Below are positions 13,020 to 27,475 of a DNA stretch of 64,000 nucleotides, in pieces. The notes under the pieces are model-generated. The model ran no database searches and was not told the origin of the DNA. It saw nothing but the letters and a program-made list of their open reading frames with translations. Source of the DNA: Antedon mediterranea (lineage: Eukaryota > Animalia > Echinodermata). The position numbers and the translations under genes were made by a program. Location: NCBI RefSeq assembly GCF_964355755.1, contig NC_092676.1, forward strand, positions 5,805,888 to 5,869,887, in the 5' to 3' direction. Within the stretch, counting starts at the first letter, position 1, and each line of letters begins with the position of its first letter.

Positions 13020-13692
13020 TAATGATGATGGCAATGATGATGATGTCGAGAAATTATGATGGCAATGATGATGATGATGATGAGAAATGATGATGGCAAT
13101 GATCATGATGATGAGAAATGATGATGGAAATGATCATAATGATGAGAAAAGATGATGGCAATGATCATGATGAGAAATGATGATAATGGCAATGATGAGG
13201 ATGATGAGAAATGATGATGATAATGATGATGATGGCAATAATGATGATGATGATGAGAAATGATGATGATGAGAAATGACGATGATGATGACGATGATGA
13301 TGAGAAATGATGATGATGAGAAATGATAATAATGATGATGAGAAATGATGATGATAGGAGATGATGATGATGAGAAATGATGATGAGAAATGATGATGAC
13401 AATGATCATGATGATGATGATGACAATGGCAACGATGCTGATGACGACAATGATGATGAGAACGATGGCAATGATGATGATGACGAAAATGATGATGGCG
13501 ATGACGAAAATGATGATGGCGATGACGAAAATGATGATGGCGATGATGATGAGGACGATGGCGACAATGATGAGGACGACGACGGCGGCGGCGGCGACTA
13601 CGACGACGACGATGGTGACGATGATGATGATGATGATGATGGTGATGACGATGGCAATGATGAGAAATACTGATGTTATTGATGATGATTTC
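13020..13692. repeat. Degenerate (GAT)n/(GAC)n microsatellite in intron
   Basis: Trinucleotide periodicity producing poly-D/M/H/I ORFs in several frames. Confidence 0.95.
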
Positions 13693-13729
13693 GGCAATGG
13701 AAAATGATGTTAAATTCATCTTTACTTAC

Positions 13730-13788
13730 TTGAGTCCAGCAGGAAAGGCAAATAGAAAATTATCATCCCCACCAAGAATTTGACTGAT
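13730..13788 (-). CDS. TP53I11: TP53I11 homologue shared exon ISQILGGDDNFLFAFPAGL(K)
   Basis: Acceptor ttgttttttag, donor gtaagt, 59 nt phase 0-2; matches human [20 protein letters not shown]. Confidence 0.93.
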
Positions 13789-13877
13789 CTAAAAAACAAA
13801 GACAAAATATTCAAAATACCACTTTAAATCATAAATTGAAAAGAAATGCACAGCAAAATGTTGTTGATTATAAGTAC

Positions 13878-13971
13878 CTTTGAAACGGGCACTGATCCAT
13901 CTTCATTTTCACCCACGCCGAGTAATTTACGTGTTTTTAAACGGCTTTGAAGATCTCCACTACTCTGCTTC
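13878..13971 (-). CDS. TP53I11: TP53I11 homologue first shared coding exon KQSSGDLQSRLKTRKLLGVGENEDGSVPVSK
   Basis: Acceptor tcttttgctatag, donor gtactt, 94 nt phase 2-0; strong match to recalled human [33 protein letters not shown]. Confidence 0.95.
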
Positions 13972-14099
13972 CTATAGCAAAAGACAAAAGAAATATTATC
14001 AATTAAAAATATATGGTTTTCTGTTGATCCGTGTTCTATTTCATTCAAAGAAAACATGCACAAATACGTGTCGCCAGTATGAGTTGCCCAAATGTATTG

Positions 14100-14408
14100 A
14101 GCAACAACGACAACTGTTCTTTTATAGTAGTAAGTTGTCCTAATGTGGTTGGCAACAAGGACACAACTGCTCTTTTGTAGTAATAAGTTGCACTATTGTG
14201 GTTGGCAACAAGGACACAGCTGCTTAAGGGGATGTTCCAGCAGTTTGTTGGACACAACAAGAACACAACTGCTCTTTTGTAGTAATAAGTTGCACTATTG
14301 TGGTTGGCAACAAGGACACAGCTGCTTAAGGGGCTGTTCCAGTGTTTGACAACAAGAACACAACTGCTCTTTTGTAGTAATAAGATGCACTATTGTGGTT
14401 GGCCACAA
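14100..14408. repeat. ~100-bp tandem repeat, about 3 units, last unit split by a transposon
   Basis: acacaactgctcttttgtagtaataagttgcactattgtggttggcaacaaggacacagctgc recurs; resumes at 14823. Confidence 0.85.
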
Positions 14409-14822
14409 TAGTGGGGTGCCTTAGGGTCAAAAACGTTACACGGATGACAAAGTTTTCAAATTTTGCACATATGTTCACTTGGACATAAAGATTAAAAAAA
14501 TCACTGGTCACAATTCCGGAAATGATGATTCCGGCCATTTTCTAATAAAATGTTGTATTAGAGTGAATAGAAACATATGTGTTCTAAGCAATTTAACACT
14601 AAAATGAACTCTGTACACCTACCGGTTACTAAGATATGGACCATCATTTTGTTTTGGCGGCCATTTTGAAAATACTCCAAATATGGTCATAAAATACATT
14701 TTTTTTCTTGGCTACAGTGATTTTTTAAATCTGTATGTCCAAGTGAACATATGTGCAAAATTTGAAAACTTTGTCATCCGTGTAACGTTTTTGACCATTT
14801 TTTCCCTTAAGGCACCCCACTA
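14409..14822. mobile_element. Academ-like non-autonomous DNA transposon (TAG...CTA termini, 3-bp TSD CAA)
   Basis: caa|tagtggggtgcctta ... taaggcaccccacta|caa, ~100-bp imperfect TIRs; empty site shown by the neighbouring repeat units. Confidence 0.8.
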
Positions 14823-15639
14823 CAAGGACACAGCTGCTGTTTGAAATCAGTAAAGGGTATGAATTTGTTCCAGTGAGCTGGACACAGAATGAAACAGTTG
14901 CTATATTGAATTGCTCTGTTTTTTGGGCTATAGGTACAATTCTGCTGTTTTCATTTAGAATTGAGTTGCCTCACTGGACAAGAACACATGTCAGCATAAG
15001 GTTGTCACAGTTGCAATCCACAGTCAACATGCTGCTTAAAAGGTCAATATGCAGTTACCATTATATTATACACAATATGCATTCATCTTAAAGCTAGTAC
15101 GGTATAGTGAAACGCTAAATAACATTATTGAATAATAAATTACAAACATAAAATTTACGAAGTGAATAAATGCACTTTAGAATGCTCAACATGTTTTATG
15201 CGATCGTTTCATTCAGATCTAAGGTTTCCATGTTTATTCCGCATCAAATGCATTGCTTAATTATAATACAATTATAAACCAAACAATCTGATGAAAATAT
15301 ATGTATCAGTCATGTTGCCAAATTGTTTTCCGTCAAAAAGAAATTTTAGTCAAATTTCAATACCTATTATGATAATTGTATTTCTGGATGAAGCCCAGAA
15401 TAGATTCAATTCAATTTGTTAAATGGAAATATTTACAATTTACAATTACTTGGAACTGCAAAAGAAAAATCCACAATAATTGGTTTTAAAAGCCCAGTTG
15501 TGGGCTTATAACCGACTAATAACAATATAATAATCATAATTGATTTTGTTTACTTTATAAATTAATAGACTCTATTAAGGGTACACCTTTGGACCCCACA
15601 AAGTGTCCCCTAAGTAGGAGTTGTCATATTGTTAATATT

Positions 15640-15838
15640 CAACTAGGACACTCACAGAGCGCAAACCTCCACCTAGGCATATGAAAAATGAATCATGTGT
15701 TCACATACAGCTATGAAACCATCGTTTAAAATCTTTTGAACATCAGGCACTAACGTATTGAGTAATCCTGCTAACATATAGAGAGAAACACACACACCCG
15801 ATTGACCTCATAACCTCTCGCAATTCTGGCGGAGGAAC
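15640..15838. mobile_element. Short interspersed element with subterminal inverted repeats (Helentron/HINE-like); second copy 26328-26468
   Basis: Shared gcaaacctccac ... gattgacctcataacctctcgc.attctggcgga; class is inferred. Confidence 0.4.
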
Positions 15839-16667
15839 AGTAATTATTCCTTGGTCATTTTATGGAGGGGTGTTGCATGAAAAGGGATGCCCCGAAATAG
15901 TGCTTTAGTTTACCTGTATTAACAATCAAATAATATAACATGGATCTTTTTTTAAAATCTTTATAAAAATAATCAATAACAAAATTTAGCGAATTTTTTT
16001 TTTTTTTTTTACAATAAGAAAGAAAATTATTTTTTATTTTTATTTTTTTATTTTATTCAATTGAAACCAACAGCGATAATTACCGCTACTAACAGGTTTG
16101 ATACAAACAAAGCCAGGACTGTTTAAAGCACCTTAATTGATCCTGACATTGAACAAGGGCTTCTCTCGTCCAGTGCCCCCTTGACCAGAGGTCTGAGGCA
16201 GATACTAGATGCAGGGGCTGCCATAAGAGTCAGCAGTGCTGATTTCAAATACATATCACTACCATATTTGGGCAAATCACACTTTTTTTGTCAAACTCGA
16301 GTTTGATAATGAAGACAGGAGTTTACACACTTGCAGGAGAGAATGAAGTTAAACTATTCTGATATTATACATTTTTTTTTTAAATCACGAAAAGAATTTC
16401 TAAAAATATGAAAAATATGATTCTTCTAACATTGTAAATATAAAATATGTAAATTTGAAAGTAAAATCTCAATACATTATTTTGAACACTACAACAAAAA
16501 TCGCACGTTTGCACGAAGAGTCACCATGATCTATATAGTACACACTACACTCAGATGCGTGAAAATACTAAAATTACACTTCAATCAATACTTATAAATG
16601 ATAATGCATACACACTTGTAGAATAAGAAAGCAGGTTATTAAAAATGTATCTAAGAATTTAACTTAC

Positions 16668-16699
16668 ATGTGTTTTGGTGATCGTGATGCATCATCCAT
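16668..16699 (-). CDS. TP53I11: TP53I11 alternative first coding exon (proximal) MDDASRSPKH(M); predicted 203-aa isoform
   Basis: aaaATGG start context, 32 nt, donor AT|gtaagt, phase 2 joins 13971 in frame. Confidence 0.75.
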
Positions 16700-17581
16700 T
16701 TTCGGCACAAATAAATTATTGTAATTTACGTTTTATAGATTCCAAATTAGATTTTAAACACGAAAGCTAACAGGCTGCATTACTCTTATCGTGTGCGTTA
16801 TCAGCTTGAATGACAGAGATTAAATCAAGTAAAAGCATTCACTTCTCCTCACAACAGTCACAAAAACATCTGCTTTCTGCACTACACACACAATACACAG
16901 TTCCGGCAATTTTCATTAGATGCCTTTACAACCCATTGGACCAATCAATGGGTCATTTCTTGGCAACATGTTTTGACGACCACAGGGTTTTTAACCCGAA
17001 AGTGGATAATTACACCATGCTCTATTATTACTAATTAATTACGATTATAACAAAATAGCATAATAAGAGTTTAAAATTAATTAAATAATTAATAATAATA
17101 AAGGCATTAAAGTTATTTACATTTTGTTGATAAAACTAATAATTAATACTAATTTCTATTATTGCAATTAAAAAATATACCACCTGAAATTCTAGAGAAT
17201 AAATAGGGATTTATTATTGGCTAAAGAGAACATATTTTTTCCTTTGGTGCTATCCTCATCTATACCCAAAAATTTTGTACATACATATAGCTATGACAAG
17301 TAACTATTACTATTTCCACCAAAACACAAAATAATAGCTATGGCTTCAGGTACCGTAACTTTTAAAGTTAAAATTGATGAACATTCCATACAGTATTTAA
17401 TAGCTAGTTAATAATTATTTAAATAGCTGCCACAATCTACAGTAATCTGATATTTGAATTATTCAGTTATACAGTAGCTTGGTTATTTATTTATTTAATA
17501 TAAGAGTAACAAGAAATGAATGGTACATCAAAGAGCTGCATGATAAATAACATTATAAACATAGCCATGGTATGTGTTTAT

Positions 17582-17975
17582 GGGTCGGTTGCTGCTGCAT
17601 AGCGCTGAATAAAACGTTATTTCAAAATATATTTAAAATGAAATTTTTATATTGATTTTGCTCCAAAATAACCGTTTAAATTGTCGTAGACAAAAATCAT
17701 TTTTTACCAAAAATGGAATTGGTCCTGGCGGTTAATTCAAATGTTACTGCAGTGTAGTTGACTCAAGGTCAGAAGCTGTCAATCAAATAACCGTTATTTT
17801 GTGTTGCCGCTAAAAATTTATCAGCAATAACCGGTTAAATGGCATTCTAATACCAAACGGAATGGGTGTTTTTAATCGGTTATCTTGTGCTAACATTTAA
17901 CCGTTTACCCCAAAAATTGTCCTGTTTCTGCTACCAAGAAATTGCACGGTTTTTTAAAGGGTTATTTTTATGCAT
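17582..17975. mobile_element. Degenerate short relative of the 41421-43017 Harbinger-like element
   Basis: Shares ctgtcaatcaaataaccgttattt...gataaccggttaaa...tgtcctgtttctgct. Confidence 0.6.
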
Positions 17976-18139
17976 TGTTTAGGAGGTACACCACCGACCT
18001 TATTTAAGACTATAAATAATAAACAAATACCGGTTTTTTTCTTCTTTATATCTTATTCTTATTAACTCAAAATTATTTATACTAACAAACATTACTATTT
18101 ATATGCCTAGGCTAGTATGTTATCATTATTGACATTAAA

Positions 18140-18362
18140 CATCCACATACAGTACAACTCTTCTTTAACAACATTTTTTCAATCTTCTATCAACTAAAAG
18201 TCGTAGTTAGTCATGTCTCGGGTCACATTCTATGGTCACCGTACAGATAGGCTACTACATCAGCACTTCTATGAATGGATGACTAGTTGGTGACAAGAAC
18301 GCTAGTTGGTCATACCCAGTACCGTTTTGATTTTACGATCATTCGGGAAACCACCTCACGAC
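18140..18362. repeat. Dispersed repeat, direct copy at ~52860-53090
   Basis: Shared tttttcaatcttctatc ... cttctatgaatggatg ... cccagtaccgtttt ... ttacgatca.tcgggaaa..acctcacga. Confidence 0.75.
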
Positions 18363-19613
18363 GTTACAAAATATGAATATAACCACGGACTAAGTAAATG
18401 TAAAACATGAAACATTTTTTTAAAAATTATTATTATTATTATTATTATGGTTTAAAGCGAGTTTAAATGGCTAAAAAATAATCATATTTTACAATTATTT
18501 TGTCAATCTCGCTAAGTAAAATGTGTTTGGTAATAAAAGTGATATCCAAGTCTGCAACTCAAATGCCTACATGCAAATTTACAGTTGATGGTGATGATAA
18601 AATCTTAATGCGAAATTGCAAATCGGAGACGTAATTAAAATTCAACAAGTACATGTATATACAGCTAGGCTGTGGTACAGTATTCAAAACCATAGAACTT
18701 TGAGAGAATTTGGACCAACAACTCTGGGTTTCTAAGCAAGCATGTCACCAACCAAGCCGCATGCATGTGGTATGGTACAAATAAATTACAAACACCTTTC
18801 AGAGTGTTTACTTAGTAAACTGACCATTATTATCCAATTAGCCAAGATAGTAAATTATGAAACAGAACCTGCTATATAGTATTTGACCATTAAATTTTAA
18901 TCACTATAAAAGCAAACAAAACACGAGTTACAGAGGCACACACCATGACGATATCAAACTAAAAATATCCAATTCAAACATCACTTGAATTTCTTAAGTA
19001 CTGCTTGTCATAAAACAAGTGTACAATGATTCTCAACTGACAATAACGAAACCGTAGACACCGTATATTAGCTTGATTAAAGACTGTAAATAATATCAAG
19101 GCATATGACGATAAAAACACGTCAAAATAAAACAGTTGACGTATAAAATAAAAGCAATTGATACCCAAACTGAAATGTTGAATCACCTGTATTTTTTTAT
19201 TTGTAATATCGAAGATGAAAATAAGTATTTGAGATTGTAAATAATTAAATGTCAGAGGAAAATAGATTGAGAGAAATTCAGATACAGTAGAGCAGTTTGA
19301 CCTTTAAAATATACAGAAATGTAATATTTACGTAATATTTTCACTTATGATATTGTACATAGAAAATTTATGATAAACACAAAAAAAACACTAACATTTT
19401 CAGGATAAAAAACAGGACAATCTCACAGATGGATATTTATGGTTACGAATACTATAGGTTCATATAAAGTTTAATATAGTAAGCTCCTATAGTAATCAGG
19501 GGTACAAATTTAAGCATAAATAAGAGACATCCGACAAATTATGCACTTCTCCCGGGGGTCGTATAGTAAGTCACACAATTGACATGACATGTGCTTAAGG
19601 ATAACTTGAGTAA

Positions 19614-20386
19614 GGGTATGTTCAGACTCACGGAGTTACGGTGGAGTTAGCTACGCAAGGCGTACGGTAATCCGTGGCGTTAAAAGCCAAGGTGTTCAGA
19701 CACAACGACCAACCTTCCAATGCCTTGCGTTTAAAACACTCTGATTAGGTCAAAGCAGATTTTATTTATTTTATTTTATTTATTTTATTCAATCAAAACC
19801 AACAGCGATAAATACCGCCAGTAACAGGTTTGAAACATAAAACAATACAACATCAAAAACGGTTAACAATAGATTAGAATTATATGTATACATTCATGAC
19901 AATTACGTTGTTTTTTGTTTTTTTTATTTATATAATGTTTACCTTCAAATATACTTATTTGTTCTTTACTACTTGTAGAATTGCATTTTAATTCAAAATA
20001 ATTTAAAACGTAATTGTTACACGGACAATTATCTGATAAATTGATTTAATTTATGAACATATCATATCACTGACGCCAACTTTACTGTTGTTTAAAATCT
20101 GAACCTGAAAATACATTTGACATAGCTATATCGCTGTCGTATCATAGGGTACGGGTATGTAGTTGCTGTCTGCTAATCGTGGTCGTGTATTTTCATTGGT
20201 TAAGGTTAAAATCACTGATGCATCACTGGATTAGCGTTATGAAATCTACCCTCTCCCGCTAGAGTTATTAACGCCACTGGCGCGGAGTAACAGCTCCCTA
20301 ACGCTAATCCGCGGCATGGTTCAGACACAAAAATATGTACGCCGCTTACATAACTTCACCGTAACTCCGTGACTCTGAACATACCC
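19614..20386. mobile_element. PIF/Harbinger-like MITE, TAA TSD, containing a short retroposon-tail insertion (~19760-19872)
   Basis: taa|gggtatgttcagactcacggagttacggtg ... caccgtaactccgtgactctgaacataccc|taa. Confidence 0.85.
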
Positions 20387-21218
20387 TAACAGTTGCTAAG
20401 TTGGCTGTGATCAAGTTTTGGTACAGGATACTATTTCCTTGAGCACAGCTATAGCCTACAGTAGCCTCTTTCACGCAATATTCCTGCATTACAGCGTATT
20501 GATAACATATTCATAATCTTTACATTTATTTTAGTAAAGTTTTGGAGGCCAGCAAATTTGAAGGGTCCATACACAGGCCCATTGGAACCGTGCAGAAACC
20601 TGTTAGATAAACAAAATTAGGAACTTTCACGCAAAAAGTCATTCTTGTGGTTTTTGTAAACAACTAGATTTGAGGATGATTTTGTAGTTTATTACTGCCA
20701 ACTGCATGCTTTGGTTCCTTAACAATTCGTAAACATAGTTTTAATGTGCACACTCTTATTCACTGAAATTCAGATTTGAGAAACATACTTGCAGAATCCA
20801 AGCATTTTCTGAATTTACAGTAATTCTTAAGATGCTATAATAAATCAACAAGTATATTATCATAACTATGATTTATTGAATATAACCAGGACTCATCAAT
20901 GACTATATTAAATTCTGGCAATAAATTTTAAAAGTGATTTCATCTGCTCTTCAAATACTGTACATTCAGCGCCCACTGTCAACCAATCAGGAAAGGTTAT
21001 TAAACTGAATCTGACCATATGTTTTTATTGTACATAAATACGAAAACACTGATTGAAACGGTTTAGAGCTAGACCTATCATTCTAAATATGGATTTTGTA
21101 ATATCTTTATGAAACAACAGCCAATTAAATGTTCATGAGGTTCATTGAATAACAGCCAGAAATAAAACCTTTACCGAACCCAAATCGCTTGAATAATATG
21201 AAAACATGAAAAACTTAC

Positions 21219-21247
21219 ATAACATCGTGAGAAGCATTATCAGTCAT
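21219..21247 (-). CDS. TP53I11: TP53I11 alternative first coding exon MTDNASHDV(M); predicted 202-aa isoform
   Basis: caagATG, 29 nt, donor AT|gtaagt, phase 2; TATAAAAG about 40 nt upstream on the same strand. Confidence 0.6.
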
Positions 21248-21284
21248 CTTGTATCTATATATAAATCTTTTCCAATTCACTTCC

Positions 21285-21292
21285 CTTTTATA
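21285..21292 (-). promoter_or_regulatory. TATA box TATAAAAG upstream of the 21247 ATG
   Basis: Consensus TATAWAWR on the gene strand; AT-rich background lowers specificity. Confidence 0.3.
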
Positions 21293-24200
21293 TTCAAATA
21301 TATTTTACATCAGTACTATTTCGAAAATATACCATCATAAACAATGATGGATCACTCCTCTACACTGAATGCTAATGGAATGATCAACCACGATAGCTTG
21401 AAGCAGATTCTATACAAGGAAGCTACTAGATTTTTATCTTGGTTTCACACTTGAACATAAAATATAGTTTCTATGCAAGAGGAAGTAAAATGAAGAATCT
21501 AGCTGTATCACAGTAGTAAAATCCCATTCACATGAAGTTTAATCAGCTTGAGTGCAATAGTGCAAACCGATGAACTTAACTATTTAACACTATTTTTGTC
21601 TGGCGTTGACATAATCTATAGATAATACTGGATAAGGTCTGGCTAATTTATATATTCCAGAATATCGTTTTTTGTATTAAAAGGTTATGCAGTGGGGGTT
21701 GACCTATAATAGATGACCTATATTGTTTTGACAACTCTTATACATGATCACATTGCTGATTACCATTTTCCCCCTATTAAATGTATGAGCATTTTCTATG
21801 TATGAAGCACAGGCTATTGTCGGTTTATCCAGGTAAGCTAGGCACGAAATAGATACTGAGATTTCATTTGGTATACAATACAGGCATATACCATGCAATA
21901 AAAGAATTTTATAATGATTCAAATTGGCACCAATCAGTGAAGGGTCCTCAAACGATATTAAAGAAACGAACAATTGAAAGAGAACTTCCAAAATGGCCTG
22001 GTGTCATGCACTGCTTTAATAACAATGATTACTTTTGTACTTTACAGTAAAAGTCTCATATCGTGTACACAGGCTATTATACAAATTACTTTGCTAGATA
22101 AAAACCTAAACAAATCAACCAACACAATCACTCTCACAATAATTCTCTTAATATAAACAAGACAGGTATTGAAAGGTTCGTCAAATCTACTTTCACATAA
22201 ATGTAGTTAACTATTTATAGTGCCGTAATTCAGAACAAAACAAAAATCAAGATATTCTGGGCCGAATGGTAAGACAGCTCTCCTCAAACAAGGGCTTGAA
22301 AGTGGTTGTGCAGGGCCGTAGCAACTAGTACGGTTGGTAAGGTTTTAACTTGACCAATTTTTTACAGAGGCCTTTGACAACCCAGTGCATTGTGATTGTT
22401 CCATTTTCTTGCGAAAACCGGACCAATTTATTTCTTGTGGCTATATCACGGTTGTGTGCACTTAAAAAAAACCAGTGCATCAGAAGACAATGGGTTATCA
22501 TAGTGTATAGGTTCATCTCAGCCTCGGGAATGAGTGCTGTTTAGTGGCAGAAGGTCACAAAGCAATTGCTGTATGTAATAGCATCCAGTACTCCATCCAT
22601 ACAGTATATAACGCATAAATTCGAATCTATTGCGAAGTGGAAGTGCACTTTATATGCAAAATATTTTGTTGTTGTGAGATTTATAAAGATGTAGATATAA
22701 AGGGTCTAGAATCCATAAAACAAACATTTAATTTAGAACTGTGAGGGAAGATTGGATATGTAAAAACAATTGTGGCCAAAGACCATTTTTAAAAGGTGTG
22801 AAAGATAGGGATTGTCCTACAGTAATGTTTTAGTGTTAGCATACAACGAGTACATATCTATTGCATATATTAACGGCTAAATGGGATTGAATGGGATTGA
22901 ATGGTATAAAGCATTTTGATCAATACTGTACTATGCCATGTTATAGCACCAGGCAGTATAAATAAAATAAATTTGTCTTGTATTAAAAAACATATAAATA
23001 AAATCTATTGAAATCATAATCTATCAAAAGACAAAATCCACAATACATACAATTCAACAGCCATTTTGGAGAGAGATTCAGTTTATATCCTTATGTCACC
23101 TGAACACATACTTTATTGTGGAGATTACGGACTGTTTAGATAGGTTTAAAATGAATTGTGTGTGTTAAATAGTTGTGGTGAATTTAATATGTATTATTTA
23201 GGTTTATAAACCCCTCTTTATTTATGGGCTACGGAGCATGAAAGCAAATATCCTTAAAAGGTTTATTTGAATATGAAAAAAAAAATGTGTTGTTAAACAA
23301 AAATCACATAATAGTATGATAAACTATTGTTGAAAACATTTGTAAACTTGACATGGTGATTAGTAATATTATAAATCAGTATAATATACATAAATAATCT
23401 TATATCATAGTATGCTAAATTAATGAAGTCACAAAAATGACAAAATAAAATTATATCAATGTTTAGTTTGTTTCATTTTGTATTTAATACATTAGTATAA
23501 CAACTATGTAAAGTACTTTCCTAAAGAGGGCAGCAAATAAGACAGACATTAAACCAGATGAATGTTTATATCATGTTATGTAATATGATGGTACTGCCCT
23601 CTATCATTGTAAAAATACTATACAGTAAGTTTGCAAAAATGCTTGTCTCGTGAACGTTCTGGCCTCACAAACCCTGAGGGCAACCAGAGATTTGGTTACT
23701 CTCTACGTGACAATGGAAAAAAACAGGAGAAAATCCTTCATTTTAATTTTAATAATATGCATATTTTTACTCAGAAAGAAATGTTAGGTTTATGGTCAAA
23801 ATCTCCTATTTCACGAAAGAGAAAATCAATATATTATGATTAAGATACTTTACATGCCAATACTGCTATACATTAGGCCAAATAAAAAAGATGTTTAGTT
23901 TCACATCTGGGACTTATTTTCGGGAAATTCAATGCAAAAGATATTAGTAATAATCACTTTAATATTGCGCAGTATTTCAAAATCCTAGATCCTATTAGTC
24001 CTATATATAACAATTTTTTATATAAAATAATCAAGATTTTATTTTATTTTTCCCGAAGGGAGATGCGTGAGTATATAAAAAACTGTATAATAGCACAACA
24101 CAATGATAACGAGATCTTACTTCAATTATTACTTTACTTGAAAATATGCAAATACATTGATGTCACCTGTCACCATGGTAACAGATAGGCAATTAACTAG

Positions 24201-24659
24201 TGCGTAAAGGGTTTCTATTTAAAGTTTGAAATGAATGAATGTGACATTTTCTGGCCTTATACCTTCTTCAATTTCGTAATAACATTCATCACTACTCATG
24301 TTACCAATATATAATTAAAACGCAAAGCTGTGAATTTCTTGAGCAAATCCAGACGACAAAAGAATGATAAATGAACTAGGTCTTACGCATACACAATTGC
24401 TAGTACAAATATTTAGGTTGATAAATATAGATAAATCGCGTTCTCCTTAATGCCTAATGTTTATCGAAGAAAATATCCCAATAGCTGAGACGCAGACAGC
24501 AAGGGCAGGTGAAAATATTAGAACTAATTGTACAAATGATCATTTTGCATATCTCATCAGGTGATTGGTGAATTAAATACCTTGTGGATGAATCACTTAA
24601 CAAAAGAAAATTGATGATGATGTGATTAAGAAACTTGTCTTCAAAAAAACTGATTAATC

Positions 24660-24848
24660 TGGGTGAGAATGACAACACCATTTTGACTAAGATCTTAAAA
24701 TGATGGACATTTAACGTAATTGTAATTGCATATGAGTGATGGGGTTCTGACAATGATTGACAAACTATATGCTATGGGCAAAGGTTTTGATGAGGGGTGA
24801 AGAGAGGGGGAGGGGTGGCTAGACTACCAGTCGTATACCCTTCACACC
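24660..24848. repeat. ~190-bp dispersed repeat with inverted copy at 27146-27330
   Basis: Near-identical reverse complement (gggtggctagactacc.gtcgtatacccttcacac). Confidence 0.85.
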
Positions 24849-27475
24849 AGGCTACTTGTGATAATACAGTATATAAACATTTGGTGTGAAAGCAAGAGCC
24901 ACAGAATTTGAGTCGGTACATAGATGGCACAACAAGTGTTTGATCAGAGTGCTAACCTTTGACCCTAATATCCATATCTATTTTACTACGATCTGCATAT
25001 GCAGAAGTTTATCGAGTAGTCTCAATTTACACATTAGTACTGTATAGGCCCACTGTGAAATAATTTGAGTAGGTTAAGGAGTCACTCTATGGTCACTGAT
25101 GTTAGGTACCATTTCACACAGTGGCATTTGTTCATCACCTCAATATGTGTGAATGGTGGCAGCACATTGCGTATCGTGATTTTATTTATGTATTTTTAAT
25201 ACTTCTTTTATACACAAAACATTTTCCCCATCAGGCCTACTACAGGACAATGCTCAGAATACTGGCAGATGATCCATTGTTTTTTTAATAATATACAAAG
25301 TTTTTTTATCATACACATGTGCAATGTAATGTACACGGCAGGCCTACCAACAGCTTTAAATTCAATCTGAGACTGTGTTTCCGATAAAAACTAACTGATA
25401 ATATGTCTGTGGAAACAGAGTTTAACGGATTCCTTTCGAGGAAAAAATTAACCGATAATTATCTCATTCAAATTGGATAATTATCAGATAAATGCGATAA
25501 ATTTTAACCTTTGACCTGAAGGACAAATCATTGCATTGTGATTGGAAACTTGGGTTGTTCGGTAATGACTGATCATGCACACTTTATTTTTAATGAATTA
25601 CCTGTTTAACCGATAATTTTGTTTTGGCTGCGGAAACATGGCCTAAAGGATGAACCAATTAGATTAAAGTATTACCTAAAGATTCTGCTGTTCGTTGCTA
25701 TCACGGTTACTATGAGTTAGCATCAATCAATACAAACAAGACATTTGTGTACAATGTCATTAATAATCCCAACATTGTAAGGCCACACAAATAATAAGTA
25801 CCAATTTACAATATTATTATTATTATTAATTCTCTACAGGTGCATACGGCAATTAACACGCTCAGCTGTAGAAGGTCAAAGTATATTATATTTTTCAATT
25901 TTTGTTGTTCTCAGTTAAATATCACGATGCAATGATTAATCACCATGGTAACCTAAAGCCTTCTTTCACGAATTAGTTATTGATGCTGATAACAAGCAAC
26001 TTAAATTAAAATTTAGGAGATTGTTTTTCCTTTAATGAAGAGAAGATTATTGTTTTTAAATGTGGCTCACTGTTACTTTTTTCTAATCACAGTAAAACTC
26101 CATTAAAAGAACACCTTTGTCATCCAAAAAATTGTCCTCTTAATAGGGGTGTCCCATGCATAGGACTGGTAGTGGTAAAACATATTACCCTTTTATTTGT
26201 GTCTCGTAATAGTAAAAATGTATTTATTAAAGTAATAATGTAATTGTGTCTTCTGAATAGGGTTTCCCAACAAATAATCAATGTGTTGTATTCGTTGAAT
26301 GGAAAATGAGATTGACAGCTGTATTTTACCTCAGAGAGAGCAAACCTCCACATAGACATATGAAATGATGTCTTCCTTTAAAACCAACCTTTTAAATGTT
26401 ATGAAAATAACAATGCTGACAAACACACGTGATTGACCTCATAACCTCTCGCCATTCTGGCGGATGTAATGAGGTGACTCCAACATGCACAACATTTTCA
26501 AACACATTCAGAAAATTCTCAAAATGTTTACAAAAAGTTGAACATGCAGTAGAACCCTTAATTATAACCATTAGATATCACATGATGCATATTAACCAAT
26601 CAAATGGTAAGGATACACCTGAGGTATGATAATTTTTTTTTTTTTTTATTCCTATTATCTTAAATAATTAATATAAAACCTAATTTAATATGTTAAAAAT
26701 ACAAGATCTCTACTTGGTATTCAATCAAGATTCATTTCATAACATCATAACATATTAAGTTACATAACCTATCATTTTACCAACTTTTTATGAGAAGAAT
26801 ATTTGATAAAAAATAACAGAGAAAGTAAAAAAAAAATGCCTTTCTGTATAATAGTAAATCAACTGAACTAGAAAATGATAATAAGGGATGAAACCAGAGA
26901 TTTAAATTGGCTTTTCATACAAATATTATTAAGGGTTAAAAATATGGACCTACTTCCCTTATTGTGAAAACCAAAAGTTGGAAAAGGAAACTACAATGTA
27001 CTTTGAAAGCAATTAGGCCCTGTGAATAGGAGAAATTCAAATACTAATAGTGTTATTATGATGCCTTTCCTTCTACCTGTATACTATACATAAACTACTA
27101 CTTTTATGGCTCTCCCTTATATTATGTATTACTACAAAATCACATGAAGTGTGAAGGGTATACGACCGGTAGTCTAGCCACCCCTCCCCTCTCTTCACCC
27201 CTCATCGAAACTTTTTCCCATAGCATAATAGTTTGTCAATCATTGTCAGAACCCCATCATTCATCAATTACAATTATGTTAAATGTCCATCATTTTAAGA
27301 TCTCAGTCCAATGTGTTGTCATTCTCATCCTATGAAAACTACTCTACTATATGACAGACTACTCAATTAAGAGACAACCTTTAGAACTACCCTCCAAATA
27401 CTACTAAGGAAAATCGTAATGCAGTTATTGCCTGGGGATAGTCTAGACCCATCTTGGGAAGTAGGAGGAGACAAA

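Noticed and set aside
13103-13719. Poly-His/Asp/Met/Ile ORFs of 98-187 aa
   Set aside because: Artefacts of a (GAT)n microsatellite inside a defined intron
15914-15942. Further ATG-to-donor mini-ORFs (here and ~24120-24160)
   Set aside because: Wrong phase or in-frame stop, so they cannot join the shared exon
18735-18746. p53 response element given the gene name
   Set aside because: Only isolated imperfect RRRCWWGYYY half-sites noticed; no paired site
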